DNA of 64,000 bases from an uncultured Bacteroidota bacterium. GTDB taxonomy: Bacteria > Bacteroidota > Bacteroidia > Bacteroidales > GCA-2748055. The notes beneath the pieces are model-generated. The model saw only the letters and a program-made list of their open reading frames with translations. It was not told the DNA's origin and did no database searches. Positions 48,901 to 57,625 of the stretch are shown piece by piece; within the stretch, counting starts at the first letter, position 1; each line of letters begins with the position of its first letter. Both the position numbers and the translations under genes were made by a program. The stretch lies in NCBI GenBank assembly GCA_937129385.1, contig CAKZNC010000100.1, positions 12,349 through 76,348 of the forward strand. The letters are read 5' to 3'.

Positions 48901-50406
48901 TCACTTCATTTTGCTGCTCCAATTGCATATTTTAATTACGGAGATGGTCTCCTGAATGCAGAGCAGGTGCCTTTTATGGCCATCGGGGATGCATTCATCT
49001 TTCCAGACAGCGGGAAGGTGCAGATACTGCAAAAAGCCACTATCAAGCCCCTGAGGCGGGCTAAACTGCTGGCCAATACCGATTCACATTATCACCTGAT
49101 GCACAGTGCCAACCTTGTGGTGGATTCCAGGATCCATTACAGGGGGTCCGCCGATTATGACTATGTAGATGAATTTGGCAATGTGTACACATTCAGAATG
49201 GATCATGTTGAAGTGGATACTTCGATCCGCAGTTTCGGTATAGGACAGGTTGCTGAAACAGATTCCTTCAGGCTAAGTCCCTATTATGATTACCAGGGAG
49301 AAATCAGGATGCAGGCACAAAAGCCATTTCTCGATTTTGCAGGAGGTGTCAGGCTGACTCATGACTGTAATGTCCGTAAATACTACCTCAAATTCGAGTC
49401 TGAGATCAATCCGGACAGTATCCTGATACCGGTGGAAAGGCCAATGCAGAATATTGCGCTGAATAATATATATGCAGGCACACTAAAAGCAAGGGACTCG
49501 ATCCACATCTATCCCACTTTCATGTCTGGGCGCAAAGACTACTTCGACAGGAATGTTACATATGCGAATGGGTATCTGTATTACGACAAGACCACCAATA
49601 GTTATGAGATCGCCGATTCTGCGAAACTGGCAGACAGCAAGAATGGGGGTAACTATCTTGCACTCAGGACCGATTCTTGTGACTTGTACAGTGAGGGATT
49701 GATTGATCTCAATATTGAATTTGGCAGGATCAGCTTGAAATCGGTTGGGAATGCCACACATAAGATCGATCCGAATACCTTGAAGCTGAACCTGGTCATG
49801 GGAATGGACTTCTATTTTAGTCAGGATGCACTGAATATATTTGGCAGGGAAATGGACAGTCTTCCAGGCCTCGATCCCGTTGACCTGACGACATCGTTCT
49901 ATCAGCAGGCGATAACCGATCTTGCAGGAAGGGCTCAGGCAGAAAAGCTGGATACTGAGCTTGGGCTCTATGGCAGCTATTCAGAAATTCCGGACAGCCT
50001 GGATTTTTCGATCTTGTTTAACGACCTGTCCCTGGAGTGGAACCAGGAAACCCGATCCTTCAGGCACAATGGAAAAGTAGGGATTGGAATTATCGGAGAT
50101 GTACAGGTAAACCGTAAAGTTGATGCGTACGTTGAATTCGTTGAGCGGGGGTCAGGAGATATCTTTGATATTTACCTACAGGTGGATGACAATACATGGT
50201 ATTATATGGCATACAGTCCGGGAGGCTTCCAGGTATTATCCTCCAACCAGCAATTCAATGACCTGATTTTTGGTTTGCCTGCCAAGGAACGTAGACTTAA
50301 GTCCAGGGGACGGCAACCTTCCTACATTTATTCACTTGCTTCCAGCAGGCGAATGGCACTGTTCCTGGACAGGTTCAGGATGTTTGATGAGCAGGAACAG
50401 GAATAG
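45940..50406 (+). CDS. Very large (1488 aa) secreted protein of unknown function
   Basis: Uninterrupted 4.5-kb ORF with the signal peptide MKKLFSIAIFTLTFTISYSQ. I recognise no catalytic or repeat motif. Confidence 0.8.
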   Translation: MKKLFSIAIFTLTFTISYSQYVREFSQDTSNYIQELTTLFGTSLMDDEDPVFNGFISTWDSLDHQNRVEIMEISELMRQRSCRPRPHYIMFLRILEEFHREGKLDLGYDNWIEGYRSFMENENTLLKEIANVNNTVFLMLDQSMFYNSSSLSWKMLEQSFDFVYDDRVKIFTSGNTLVGISSGDSIMVHDVSGYVDPVSQVFVGTSGRVFWDRAGLSRDTVFAKLQNYRLLFSRPEYKADSAIFEHRLLIDDPIIGILEDRITRIKNPEAAKYPQFKSYKSSYVLNEVVEGIDYRGAISMQGANLAGTGIRGNNALLEISNNDTVRVSMRSEVFLFGKNSIMSPSAEVAVYIENDSIYHPDLLMNYTIARELLRLTRSDDYNSQGPYSNSYHQVDMSFDELNWVRTEPVIRMQAALGTSLGNGFFESNDFFDMKVYESLQGMDYQNPLADLWTFGDMLGGSTFAVESFASYMGKAAYMIRHQLMQFTKLGFVYFDFERDMVTLRPKLYDFIEASLKRRDYDVIRFISRTSGGNENALLDLTTKDLTINGIPNIFLSDSQNVRLVPRRNQIIMKRNRNFQFDGVIDAGLFKFYGQNFFFEYDSFKINLQNIDSLSISAKIDKRDATGRFLTTELDNKIENITGELLIDAPVNKSGLESYPEYPIFTSREGSSVYFDEKSIQDGVYDRKRFYFELSPFTIDSLDNFTREALKMDGTFVSAGILPPMEMEMSLRPDNSLGFYMRTPEEGIDVFGGKAIFYNDIEMSSAGLHGYGSLDYLTSTTWSDDFLFHPDSIMTISRRFLEREQSDRQSYPYVENTTTGITYHPHEDVMRIRRLEDVFKIYTDSTFFGGNLALRPAGLSGDGTLVFPDARFESEVFSFNDQDFNADSAGVQFRKAQDEDYTFITDDLEIDVDLVKREGDFTARADNTLVSMPENMYQTRIDQVKWLMDRDEVRMSQVKMLPENDLHSGIDSLDINAPSYISTNPQQDSLHFAAPIAYFNYGDGLLNAEQVPFMAIGDAFIFPDSGKVQILQKATIKPLRRAKLLANTDSHYHLMHSANLVVDSRIHYRGSADYDYVDEFGNVYTFRMDHVEVDTSIRSFGIGQVAETDSFRLSPYYDYQGEIRMQAQKPFLDFAGGVRLTHDCNVRKYYLKFESEINPDSILIPVERPMQNIALNNIYAGTLKARDSIHIYPTFMSGRKDYFDRNVTYANGYLYYDKTTNSYEIADSAKLADSKNGGNYLALRTDSCDLYSEGLIDLNIEFGRISLKSVGNATHKIDPNTLKLNLVMGMDFYFSQDALNIFGREMDSLPGLDPVDLTTSFYQQAITDLAGRAQAEKLDTELGLYGSYSEIPDSLDFSILFNDLSLEWNQETRSFRHNGKVGIGIIGDVQVNRKVDAYVEFVERGSGDIFDIYLQVDDNTWYYMAYSPGGFQVLSSNQQFNDLIFGLPAKERRLKSRGRQPSYIYSLASSRRMALFLDRFRMFDEQEQE

Positions 50407-50412
50407 GATCTT

Positions 50413-50916
50413 TCATGATATGGATGACCGATTTCCCAGTTCGATCATTTCAAGACCGGTAACACGTTTGTGTTGTATACTGAATCGAACAGCGGTCCGC
50501 ACCTGGTGCAACCCGTGGTACCCGGCTGCCCCCGGATTTATGTGAAGCAATCCCAGTTTTTTATCCGGAATCACTTTTAAAATGTGGGAATGGCCCGAAA
50601 TAAAAAGGTCAGGTGATTCCTGACTGATCAATTCACGGACCCTTCTGTCGTAATTTCCTGGATATCCGCCGATGTGAGTCATCCAGATACTTACACCAGC
50701 TTTCTCGTGCCGCTGATGTTCTTTGCATTCCGACCTGATCTCATGGTTGTCAACATTTCCAAATACGGCAATGACCGGTTTAAAGTTCCTGAGTTCCAGT
50801 AATACCTCCATGCTGCCAATGTCGCCGGCATGCCAGATCTCGTCACAATCGCGAAAAAAATCGAATAGCTGTTCATCCAGCCTGCCATGGGTGTCGGACA
50901 AAAGACCAATTTTCAT
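50413..50916 (-). CDS. YfcE/MJ0936-type metallophosphoesterase
   Basis: 167-aa ORF with MKIGLLSDTHG, WHAGDIG, GNVD and SGHSH. Confidence 0.85.
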   Translation of the reverse strand: MKIGLLSDTHGRLDEQLFDFFRDCDEIWHAGDIGSMEVLLELRNFKPVIAVFGNVDNHEIRSECKEHQRHEKAGVSIWMTHIGGYPGNYDRRVRELISQESPDLFISGHSHILKVIPDKKLGLLHINPGAAGYHGLHQVRTAVRFSIQHKRVTGLEMIELGNRSSIS

Positions 50917-50970
50917 AGATCAAACGTGTTTCAGCGTGAAATTACTATTTTTGGGAAAGCGACAGCAGAT

Positions 50971-51675
50971 ATGAACATTTTTTATGAGCCCTCCGCAGGC
51001 AAATCAGATATAGTGACACTTGACCCCACTGAGTCAGGTCACTGTATCAGGGTCATGCGGCACCGTACGGGAGACCAGGTTGAGATCGTAGATGGAGCAG
51101 GAGGAAGATATACGGGTCAGATCATAAGTGAGGATCCGGCCGCCTGCGATATTCGTGTAATTGGTCATGAAAGGCAAATCACTCAACCCGACCGAAAGGT
51201 ACATATCGGGATCGCTCCCACAAAGCGCATTGATCGATTTGAATGGTTTCTTGAAAAGGCCACAGAGATCGGGATCACCAGTATTACCCCAATCATTTGC
51301 AGTCGGTCGGAGAGAACCCGTGTACGGGCCGACAGGATGCATAAAATTCTTGTTTCTGCGATGAAACAATCTGGCAGGGCATTTCTCCCTCAATTAAATG
51401 AACCGCTGAAATTCGAACAGGTGATTAATGGCACTGCTCCCGGATCTAAATTCATTGCCCATTGCGTTGATGATGATAAAACTGACCTTCTGGATGTGGC
51501 CTTTTCTGATGAGATTACATTTTTAATTGGACCTGAAGGGGATTTTACAGAAGAAGAAATAAGAAAGGCACTCCAGAACGGGTATTTGGCTGTCTCCATG
51601 GGCCAATCTACGCTTCGTACCGAAACTGCCGGCATCATGGCGGTTGCTGCAGCCTTTTTCAAACCGCATACATAA
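50971..51675 (+). CDS. rsmE: 16S rRNA (uracil1498-N3)-methyltransferase RsmE
   Basis: The ATG at 50971 gives MNIFYEP..., with a PUA-like N-domain (HCIRVMRHRTGDQV) and the SPOUT knot region IGPEGDFTEEE...LRTETA. The ORF-track start at 50887 overlaps the divergent gene. Confidence 0.88.
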   Translation: MNIFYEPSAGKSDIVTLDPTESGHCIRVMRHRTGDQVEIVDGAGGRYTGQIISEDPAACDIRVIGHERQITQPDRKVHIGIAPTKRIDRFEWFLEKATEIGITSITPIICSRSERTRVRADRMHKILVSAMKQSGRAFLPQLNEPLKFEQVINGTAPGSKFIAHCVDDDKTDLLDVAFSDEITFLIGPEGDFTEEEIRKALQNGYLAVSMGQSTLRTETAGIMAVAAAFFKPHT

Positions 51676-51680
51676 AAAAA

Positions 51681-51700
51681 ACCGCCCCGGGGGGGCGGTT
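51681..51700. terminator. GC-rich hairpin terminator shared by convergent transcripts
   Basis: ACCGCCCC-GGG-GGGGCGGT is flanked by A8 on the left, which reads as T8 for the minus strand. It is therefore strongest for the sigma/small-ORF transcript and weaker (TTGTTAGATTT) for rsmE. Confidence 0.7.
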
Positions 51701-51701
51701 G

Positions 51702-51896
51702 TTAGATTTCTTCTAACTTTTCCAGTGTCCGCGAAACCAGGTCATCGCCCGGATCAACTTCGAGGAGATTCAGAAAGCAGCTGTAATACTCGTCTTTCAG
51801 CAGGTTTTCTTCATGTGGAGTTAGAATCATATCTGACGGTAAATTTAGATCATCCACCAGATAAAAAAGCGTAGAGGTTTCTACCATAGGCAACAT
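51702..51896 (-). CDS. Small acidic hypothetical protein (64 aa) downstream of the ECF sigma gene
   Basis: The ORF lies between the sigma gene and the strong terminator. It has no TM segment, and I count 15 Asp/Glu against 3 Lys/Arg. Confidence 0.45.
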   Translation of the reverse strand: MLPMVETSTLFYLVDDLNLPSDMILTPHEENLLKDEYYSCFLNLLEVDPGDDLVSRTLEKLEEI

Positions 51897-51958
51897 TGGT
51901 TTAGGTTTTCAAAAGAATAACGCCAATGCTGCAATGAATATTGTACAGGATCTGGAAA

Positions 51959-52549
51959 TTACGAACTGGTCAGGATCAGGTTACGCTCATTGATCATTTT
52001 TCGCAGGTTGATCAGTGCATATCTCATTCTCCCCAGGGCTGTGTTAATGCTCACACCGGTATGATCGGCGATCTCTTTAAAGCTTAGTCCGCCGAAATGC
52101 CTGAGCAGCACAACTTCCCGTTGATCATCAGGCAATTCATTGATCAGCTTTCGAAGATCTTTTTTGATCTGACTACTGACCATCAGTTGTTCAATATTGT
52201 CGTCAGATAGCTTCTTGCTATTGAACAGGTCCATTTCTGTATCGTCATTCGATACGGAGTTCAACTGCTTTTCCTTCCTGAAATGGTCAATGATCAGGTT
52301 GTGGGCAATACGGATCACCCAGGAAAGGAACCGGCCATTGTCACGGTATTTGCCCCTACGCAGTGATTGAATGACTTTAATAAAGGTTTCCTGGAAGAGG
52401 TCTTCCGCCAATGCCTGGTTCTTAATTGTCAGGAGAATATAGGTATATACCTTGGTTCTGTGTCGATTGATCAACGTTTCAATACAAGATTCTTCACCAT
52501 TGAGAAACGCTTGCACCAACTCCTGGTCGCTCATTTTTTTTGTTTTCAA
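51959..52549 (-). CDS. ECF-type RNA polymerase sigma-70 family factor
   Basis: 196-aa ORF with region 2 (AEDLFQETFIKV...FLSWVIRIAHNLIIDHFRK) and region 4 HTH (LSFKEIADHTGVSINTALGRMRYA). Confidence 0.88.
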   Translation of the reverse strand: MKTKKMSDQELVQAFLNGEESCIETLINRHRTKVYTYILLTIKNQALAEDLFQETFIKVIQSLRRGKYRDNGRFLSWVIRIAHNLIIDHFRKEKQLNSVSNDDTEMDLFNSKKLSDDNIEQLMVSSQIKKDLRKLINELPDDQREVVLLRHFGGLSFKEIADHTGVSINTALGRMRYALINLRKMINERNLILTSS

Positions 52550-52659
52550 AACGATTGATGTATTGGTTCAGCGTAAAGGTGTTTCGATAGGCTTTTTTTT
52601 AAGTTCAACTTGTATTGAATACGCAAATAAGTGAAAAAAACTCTTTTTACAAAATGTAT

Positions 52660-52667
52660 TACTTTTG
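52660..52667 (+). promoter_or_regulatory. Candidate -7 promoter box (TACTTTTG) for uvrA
   Basis: Matches TAnnTTTG 36 nt upstream of the uvrA ATG. Confidence 0.3.
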
Positions 52668-52702
52668 TTTCTTGAATTATTAATGAAATAGAATCAAAAA
52701 TT

Positions 52703-55498
52703 ATGCCAACCAACACCGATCAGGAGATTTTTATTAAAGGAGCGCGGGTGCATAATCTTAAAAACATTGATCTTTCTATACCGAGAGATCATTTGATTGT
52801 AGTGACCGGTGTTTCAGGATCAGGCAAATCCTCCCTGGCATTTGATACGCTATATGCAGAAGGTCAGAGACGTTACGTTGAGAGTTTGTCGGCCTATGCA
52901 AGGCAATTTCTAGGGAGGATCGATAAGCCGGATGTTGATTTCATTCATGGAATTCCTCCCGCCGTTGCCATTGAGCAGCGGGTAAATACAAGGAATCCCA
53001 GGTCCACTGTGGGTACCTCAACTGAAATATACGATTACTTAAAACTTCTCTTTGCCCGGATTGGTAATACTTATTCTCCCGTCTCGGGGAAACAGGTCCA
53101 TAAGCATTCGGTTACTGATGTAGTGGATCATATCCTGGGTTATGAGGAGCAGAAAAAACTGGTGATCCTGTCTACGGTCTGCCTGAATACCGATGGCGAC
53201 CTGAAAGATCAACTGGATATTCTCTCCCAGCAGGGGATGACCCGGGTGCTTCATGGCAATGAATTGAAGGATATACATGCCTTATTGGAAGAGGCAGCAT
53301 TCAAAAAGAGCGGAATCCTCCACCTGGTAATCGACCGTATCATTGTAAGTCGTGATGAAAACAACATCAGCAGGATATCCGACAGTGTCGAGACAGCACT
53401 CCAGGTAGGTCATGGATATTGCAGTATCTGGGATCCTGAAATAAAAAAGACATCTGATTTCTCCAGCCGGTTTGAGTTGGATGGTATCACTTTCGAAGAA
53501 CCATCAGAACATATGTTCAGTTTCAACAATCCGATCGGAGCATGTCCTGTTTGTGAAGGATATGGAATGGTGATCGGTATTGATGAGGACCTGGTGATCC
53601 CGAACAAGGAGCTGACCGTGTATGACGATGCAATTGTGTGCTGGAAAGGTGAGAAGATGAAGCGATGGAAAGAGAAGCTGGTAATGCATGCCGATAAATT
53701 TGATTTTCCGATCCATAAGCCATTTTATGAGTTATCCGAAGAACAGCGAAGTCTCCTCTGGAGAGGAAACCACTATTTCAAGGGGCTGGATCGCTTCTTT
53801 AAGCATCTGGAGGATAAAAAATACAAGATACAATACAGGGTGATGCTATCGCGTTACAGGGGAAAAACAAGGTGTTATGAATGTGGAGGAACCCGTCTGA
53901 AAAAAGAGGCCTTCTATGTAAAGCTTGCCGACAGATCCATCTCCGATCTGGTAGAAATGCCTGTGAATGAACTTGAGGATTTTTTTAACAATTACAACCC
54001 GGGAAAGCATGACAGGGTGATTGCGGAGAGGCTGATTTCAGAGATCAGGTCAAGACTCAGCTTCCTTAACAATGTAGGGTTGGGGTACCTGACCCTGAAC
54101 CGCCTTTCTTCGACCCTTTCAGGTGGAGAAAGTCAGCGCATTAATCTTGCTACTTCCCTGGGAAGCAGCCTGGTTGGGTCCCTTTATATTCTTGATGAGC
54201 CAAGCATCGGACTGCACCCCAGGGATACGGGCAGACTGATTGGTGTATTGCAGGAACTAAAGAAACTCGGAAATACTGTCCTCGTAGTGGAGCATGATGA
54301 GGATATCATGAAAGCAGCCGACATGGTCATAGATATGGGGCCGGAAGCAGGACGTCATGGAGGTAAAGTTGTCTTCCAGGGATCCCTGAAAAATCTTGTT
54401 GCCGAACCAGGGGGATTAACAGCTGAGTATTTGTCTGGGAAGAGGAGAATCAACCTGCCTGGTACACGCAGAAAGTGGAATAATTATCTTGAGATCATCG
54501 GGGGCAGGGAACACAATCTGAAGTCAGTCAATGTGAAGATTCCTTTACAGATAATGACCGTGATCAGTGGGGTCAGCGGTTCTGGAAAATCCTCATTGGT
54601 AAGAAATATCCTGTACCCGGTCCTGGCACGTAAACTGAATGGTACTGGAGAGAAGCCTGGGAAGCATGATCTGTTCAGGGGTGATATTCAGATGCTTGAT
54701 AAAGTTGAATTCGTGGATCAGAATCCAATTGGAAAATCATCCCGGTCCAATCCCGTGACTTACCTGAAGGCTTATGATGAAATCAGGAAATTATTTGCTG
54801 ACCAGCAGGCATCCAGGAATTTCGGTTTTAAAGCTTCCCATTTTTCATTTAATATCGACGGGGGACGATGTGAAGAGTGCAACGGAGAAGGGGAGATCCT
54901 CGTGGAGATGCAATTCATGGCAGATGTTCACCTTGTTTGCGAGGCATGCGGGGGAAGACGTTTTAAGGACCAGGTCCTTGATGTGAAGTACCGGGACAGG
55001 AACATCCATGATATCCTTGAAATGACGGTCAATGAAGCAACCGATTTTTTCGGAACGGAAGATGAATCCTATGAGAGAAAGATTGTAAAGAAACTGATGC
55101 CACTAAAGGATGTAGGACTGGGGTATATCAAGCTCGGGCAATCATCCAGTACCCTGAGTGGTGGTGAAAGTCAGCGGGTTAAACTGGCATTCTTTCTGAG
55201 CAAGGAGACGGAAGATGCCCGAACAATGTTTATATTTGATGAGCCCACGACAGGATTGCATTTCCATGATATATCAATGTTGTTAAGCGCTTTCAATGCC
55301 CTGATCGGGAAAGGACATACGGTCCTGATCATAGAGCATAACCTGGAGGTGATCAAGTCGGCAGACTGGTTGATAGAGCTGGGTCCTGAAGGAGGGATCG
55401 CCGGGGGAGAGATTATTTATTCCGGCACACCGGAGCAGATGCCCGGTTCACCTGACTCAGTAACGGGAGTTTACCTTGAACCAAAATTGAAGGAATAA
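52703..55498 (+). CDS. uvrA: Excinuclease ABC subunit A
   Basis: 931-aa ORF with two ABC modules (GVSGSGKSS twice, LSGGESQR twice) and zinc-finger Cys clusters (CPVCEGYG, CEECNGEG...CEACGG). Confidence 0.96.
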   Translation: MPTNTDQEIFIKGARVHNLKNIDLSIPRDHLIVVTGVSGSGKSSLAFDTLYAEGQRRYVESLSAYARQFLGRIDKPDVDFIHGIPPAVAIEQRVNTRNPRSTVGTSTEIYDYLKLLFARIGNTYSPVSGKQVHKHSVTDVVDHILGYEEQKKLVILSTVCLNTDGDLKDQLDILSQQGMTRVLHGNELKDIHALLEEAAFKKSGILHLVIDRIIVSRDENNISRISDSVETALQVGHGYCSIWDPEIKKTSDFSSRFELDGITFEEPSEHMFSFNNPIGACPVCEGYGMVIGIDEDLVIPNKELTVYDDAIVCWKGEKMKRWKEKLVMHADKFDFPIHKPFYELSEEQRSLLWRGNHYFKGLDRFFKHLEDKKYKIQYRVMLSRYRGKTRCYECGGTRLKKEAFYVKLADRSISDLVEMPVNELEDFFNNYNPGKHDRVIAERLISEIRSRLSFLNNVGLGYLTLNRLSSTLSGGESQRINLATSLGSSLVGSLYILDEPSIGLHPRDTGRLIGVLQELKKLGNTVLVVEHDEDIMKAADMVIDMGPEAGRHGGKVVFQGSLKNLVAEPGGLTAEYLSGKRRINLPGTRRKWNNYLEIIGGREHNLKSVNVKIPLQIMTVISGVSGSGKSSLVRNILYPVLARKLNGTGEKPGKHDLFRGDIQMLDKVEFVDQNPIGKSSRSNPVTYLKAYDEIRKLFADQQASRNFGFKASHFSFNIDGGRCEECNGEGEILVEMQFMADVHLVCEACGGRRFKDQVLDVKYRDRNIHDILEMTVNEATDFFGTEDESYERKIVKKLMPLKDVGLGYIKLGQSSSTLSGGESQRVKLAFFLSKETEDARTMFIFDEPTTGLHFHDISMLLSAFNALIGKGHTVLIIEHNLEVIKSADWLIELGPEGGIAGGEIIYSGTPEQMPGSPDSVTGVYLEPKLKE

Positions 55499-55524
55499 AA
55501 AAAACCGGGTGACCCCGGTTTTTA
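55499..55524. terminator. Bidirectional rho-independent terminator
   Basis: AAAAACCGGG-TGAC-CCCGGTTTTT lies between the convergent uvrA and the 147-aa gene. Confidence 0.7.
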
Positions 55525-55552
55525 AAATAATATTTCCTTTAAATTAATTTCC

Positions 55553-55996
55553 CTAATCGTCTTTAAAGCCAAACATAATGGCTACGCAACCCTCTTCGGG
55601 CTCTACGATATTTTCATCTGCGACAGGTACCTTGATCACGATCTTCAGTTGCTGACTTGATTCAAGGCGAAAATCCCACATCCATTCATAATCCTGGTAC
55701 TTGTTGTTATACAAGACCTTTCCGTTGCTGTCCACAATCTTAAATTCAATATCATTCAGGTTTCCGGCACCACAAACTCCGATTCGGTAATCGGTATCTG
55801 AATAAAATGTTTTATATAACTCGGCTTCTTCACCTTCTATCAGCAATGCTGCATGATAATTCCCGTCATGCTGGTACGGATTGAGTCCCACCTTACAGGT
55901 TTTTTTTGCGAACTGTTTACATTGGGACTGCGCAAGTTGAGGTATCGAAACCATTATCGCAACAAGAGAAACTAAAAGTATGCCTTTTCTCATCAT
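55553..55996 (-). CDS. Secreted hypothetical protein (147 aa)
   Basis: Has the signal peptide MMRKGILLVSLVAIMVSIPQLAQSQ and a beta-rich sequence. Lies 10 nt downstream of the lipoprotein gene. I recognise no family. Confidence 0.6.
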   Translation of the reverse strand: MMRKGILLVSLVAIMVSIPQLAQSQCKQFAKKTCKVGLNPYQHDGNYHAALLIEGEEAELYKTFYSDTDYRIGVCGAGNLNDIEFKIVDSNGKVLYNNKYQDYEWMWDFRLESSQQLKIVIKVPVADENIVEPEEGCVAIMFGFKDD

Positions 55997-56006
55997 GATG
56001 TTGTAT

Positions 56007-56936
56007 TTAAGATATATAGCTGTTTCTTAACTCGGTTACTTTCTGAACTAGCTCGTCGAAAACGGGCTTTGTGAGGTTGTGTGAAGAGCTGGATTTCAGG
56101 GTCGTAACATTCGTTTCAGGATCGGTAACGGGCGTATTCTCACCAAGAGTGATCTCGATCTTATCGAATGTTGTTTTCAGCTGTCTGATATCTTCAAGGA
56201 TCTTCTGGGCATCCGGATCTTCACTGGATTCCTGCAGGAGGTTGATCATAAAGTCTACAGATAATTTTTGATCTACTACCCGCTCCACGATCCTGTTGCT
56301 CTCAATGGGATCGTCTCCCACCAGCTGTGTTGCGATATAGAGTCCTTCAACCCATCCGCCGACGAGAATGATAGTGGCAGTGCTTTCGAGTCCTCTTTCC
56401 TTTAGGTAAGAACTTGAGTTGAGCAAAGTCTCGGAGATGATATCAACGATGATCTCCCGGTTATTGATATTGTTTTCGAGCCGCTGGATTGTATTCTCAT
56501 TAATTGCATCCAGGATATTAAGCCCGTCGGCCAGGTTTTTTGCAACTTCAATGTAATTAAGTGTTACCTGGGTTTGGTCGAACAGACTGGCATAGCTGAG
56601 ATCAGTGGTATAAATCCCCAGGTTCAGTGCCATGTCAAGATTAGTGATGTAACCTGTCTGGTTGTCGATCGGGTTCAGCAGACTTGCATCATAAGTAGCG
56701 CCGGCCTTTTGGAGGATCTTTGCTGTTTCAATGGGAGAGGGGAGGGAATAGAAAATCCGTTTTGCAGTCTGGAATTTTTCTTTGGTACCTTCATCGACGC
56801 TGGTAATGAATTCATCCTGCTCACCTGCATTCTCATCTGTTTTTTTTGCTCCCTGGTTACAGCTGGTAACGCTGAAGGCAATGATAACGGTCAGAAGAAT
56901 GAGAGCTTTTCCGGTAACTGGAAGATTTTTGCTCAT
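56007..56936 (-). CDS. Hypothetical lipoprotein (309 aa)
   Basis: Has the lipobox LTVIIAFSVTSC and a predominantly helical sequence. I recognise no family. Confidence 0.6.
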   Translation of the reverse strand: MSKNLPVTGKALILLTVIIAFSVTSCNQGAKKTDENAGEQDEFITSVDEGTKEKFQTAKRIFYSLPSPIETAKILQKAGATYDASLLNPIDNQTGYITNLDMALNLGIYTTDLSYASLFDQTQVTLNYIEVAKNLADGLNILDAINENTIQRLENNINNREIIVDIISETLLNSSSYLKERGLESTATIILVGGWVEGLYIATQLVGDDPIESNRIVERVVDQKLSVDFMINLLQESSEDPDAQKILEDIRQLKTTFDKIEITLGENTPVTDPETNVTTLKSSSSHNLTKPVFDELVQKVTELRNSYIS

Positions 56937-57134
56937 AGGGAAATTGTTTAGTTTTTCTGATCAAGGACATCTTAGTGAAGTAAAATTAACACTTTTTTTT
57001 TAATTTCAAAAAGTAGTATATAAGTCATGAAATCCAATAAATACAAAGGATTCAGAAATTATGGGGAGTCATAGGATAAGATGATTGAGGAGCCCGCTCC
57101 CGACCGATTAATGACTGAACAGCCTGGTGGATAA

Positions 57135-57166
57135 ACAAAAAAAGCCACGAAAAACATCCGTGGCTT
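57135..57166 (-). terminator. Rho-independent terminator (minus strand) after the MORN-repeat gene
   Basis: The minus strand reads AAGCCACGGATGTTTTTCGTGGCTTTTTTTGTTT. This is a GCCACG/CGTGGC stem followed by a T-run. Confidence 0.6.
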
Positions 57167-57187
57167 AGAACTGTATTTTATTCAATA

Positions 57188-57625
57188 TCAGTAATTTCGT
57201 GTAGAAACCAGTGTTCCTGATCCGTTCCAGCTTTTCCACTCACCGGTTCTTTCGCCGTCTTTATATTGCATCTCGTACCTCTTAATACCGTTGGCATCCC
57301 AGATGATCCAGCTGCCATTCTTCAATCCATCTTTATAATTTGCAACAGCAACGAGGTTTTGCTGAGCATCGTATTGCAACCAGGTACCATCCATCTGTCC
57401 ATTGTCAAAAGATCTGACCTCACTCAGGTTACCATTGTCGGCATACAGTTTGTAAATTCCATCCAGACTTTCAGCATCCATTTCCTGGAAGGCTGATGAC
57501 AAAACGATATGCTCTGATTTTCCTGCATTAATCTCATTGCTTGCCAGGATCTCGTCAACACTTTCCTGTGCATGTAGTCCGGCGGCAATGAAAATAATAC
57601 CAATGATATGTGTGATCTTCTTCAT
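57188..57625 (-). CDS. Secreted MORN-variant-repeat (YwqK-like) protein
   Basis: 145-aa ORF with a signal peptide and repeats of the type F.NGQMDGTW..Y / YKDGLKNGSW..W / YKDGERTGEWKSW. Confidence 0.7.
   Translation of the reverse strand: MKKITHIIGIIFIAAGLHAQESVDEILASNEINAGKSEHIVLSSAFQEMDAESLDGIYKLYADNGNLSEVRSFDNGQMDGTWLQYDAQQNLVAVANYKDGLKNGSWIIWDANGIKRYEMQYKDGERTGEWKSWNGSGTLVSTRNY

Noticed and set aside
57188-57625. YwqK/MORN-repeat protein as the antitoxin of a toxin-antitoxin or polymorphic-toxin system.
   Set aside because: The protein has its own signal peptide, promoter region and terminator, and no adjacent toxin-like gene. MORN-variant repeat proteins are common stand-alone envelope proteins in Bacteroidota.
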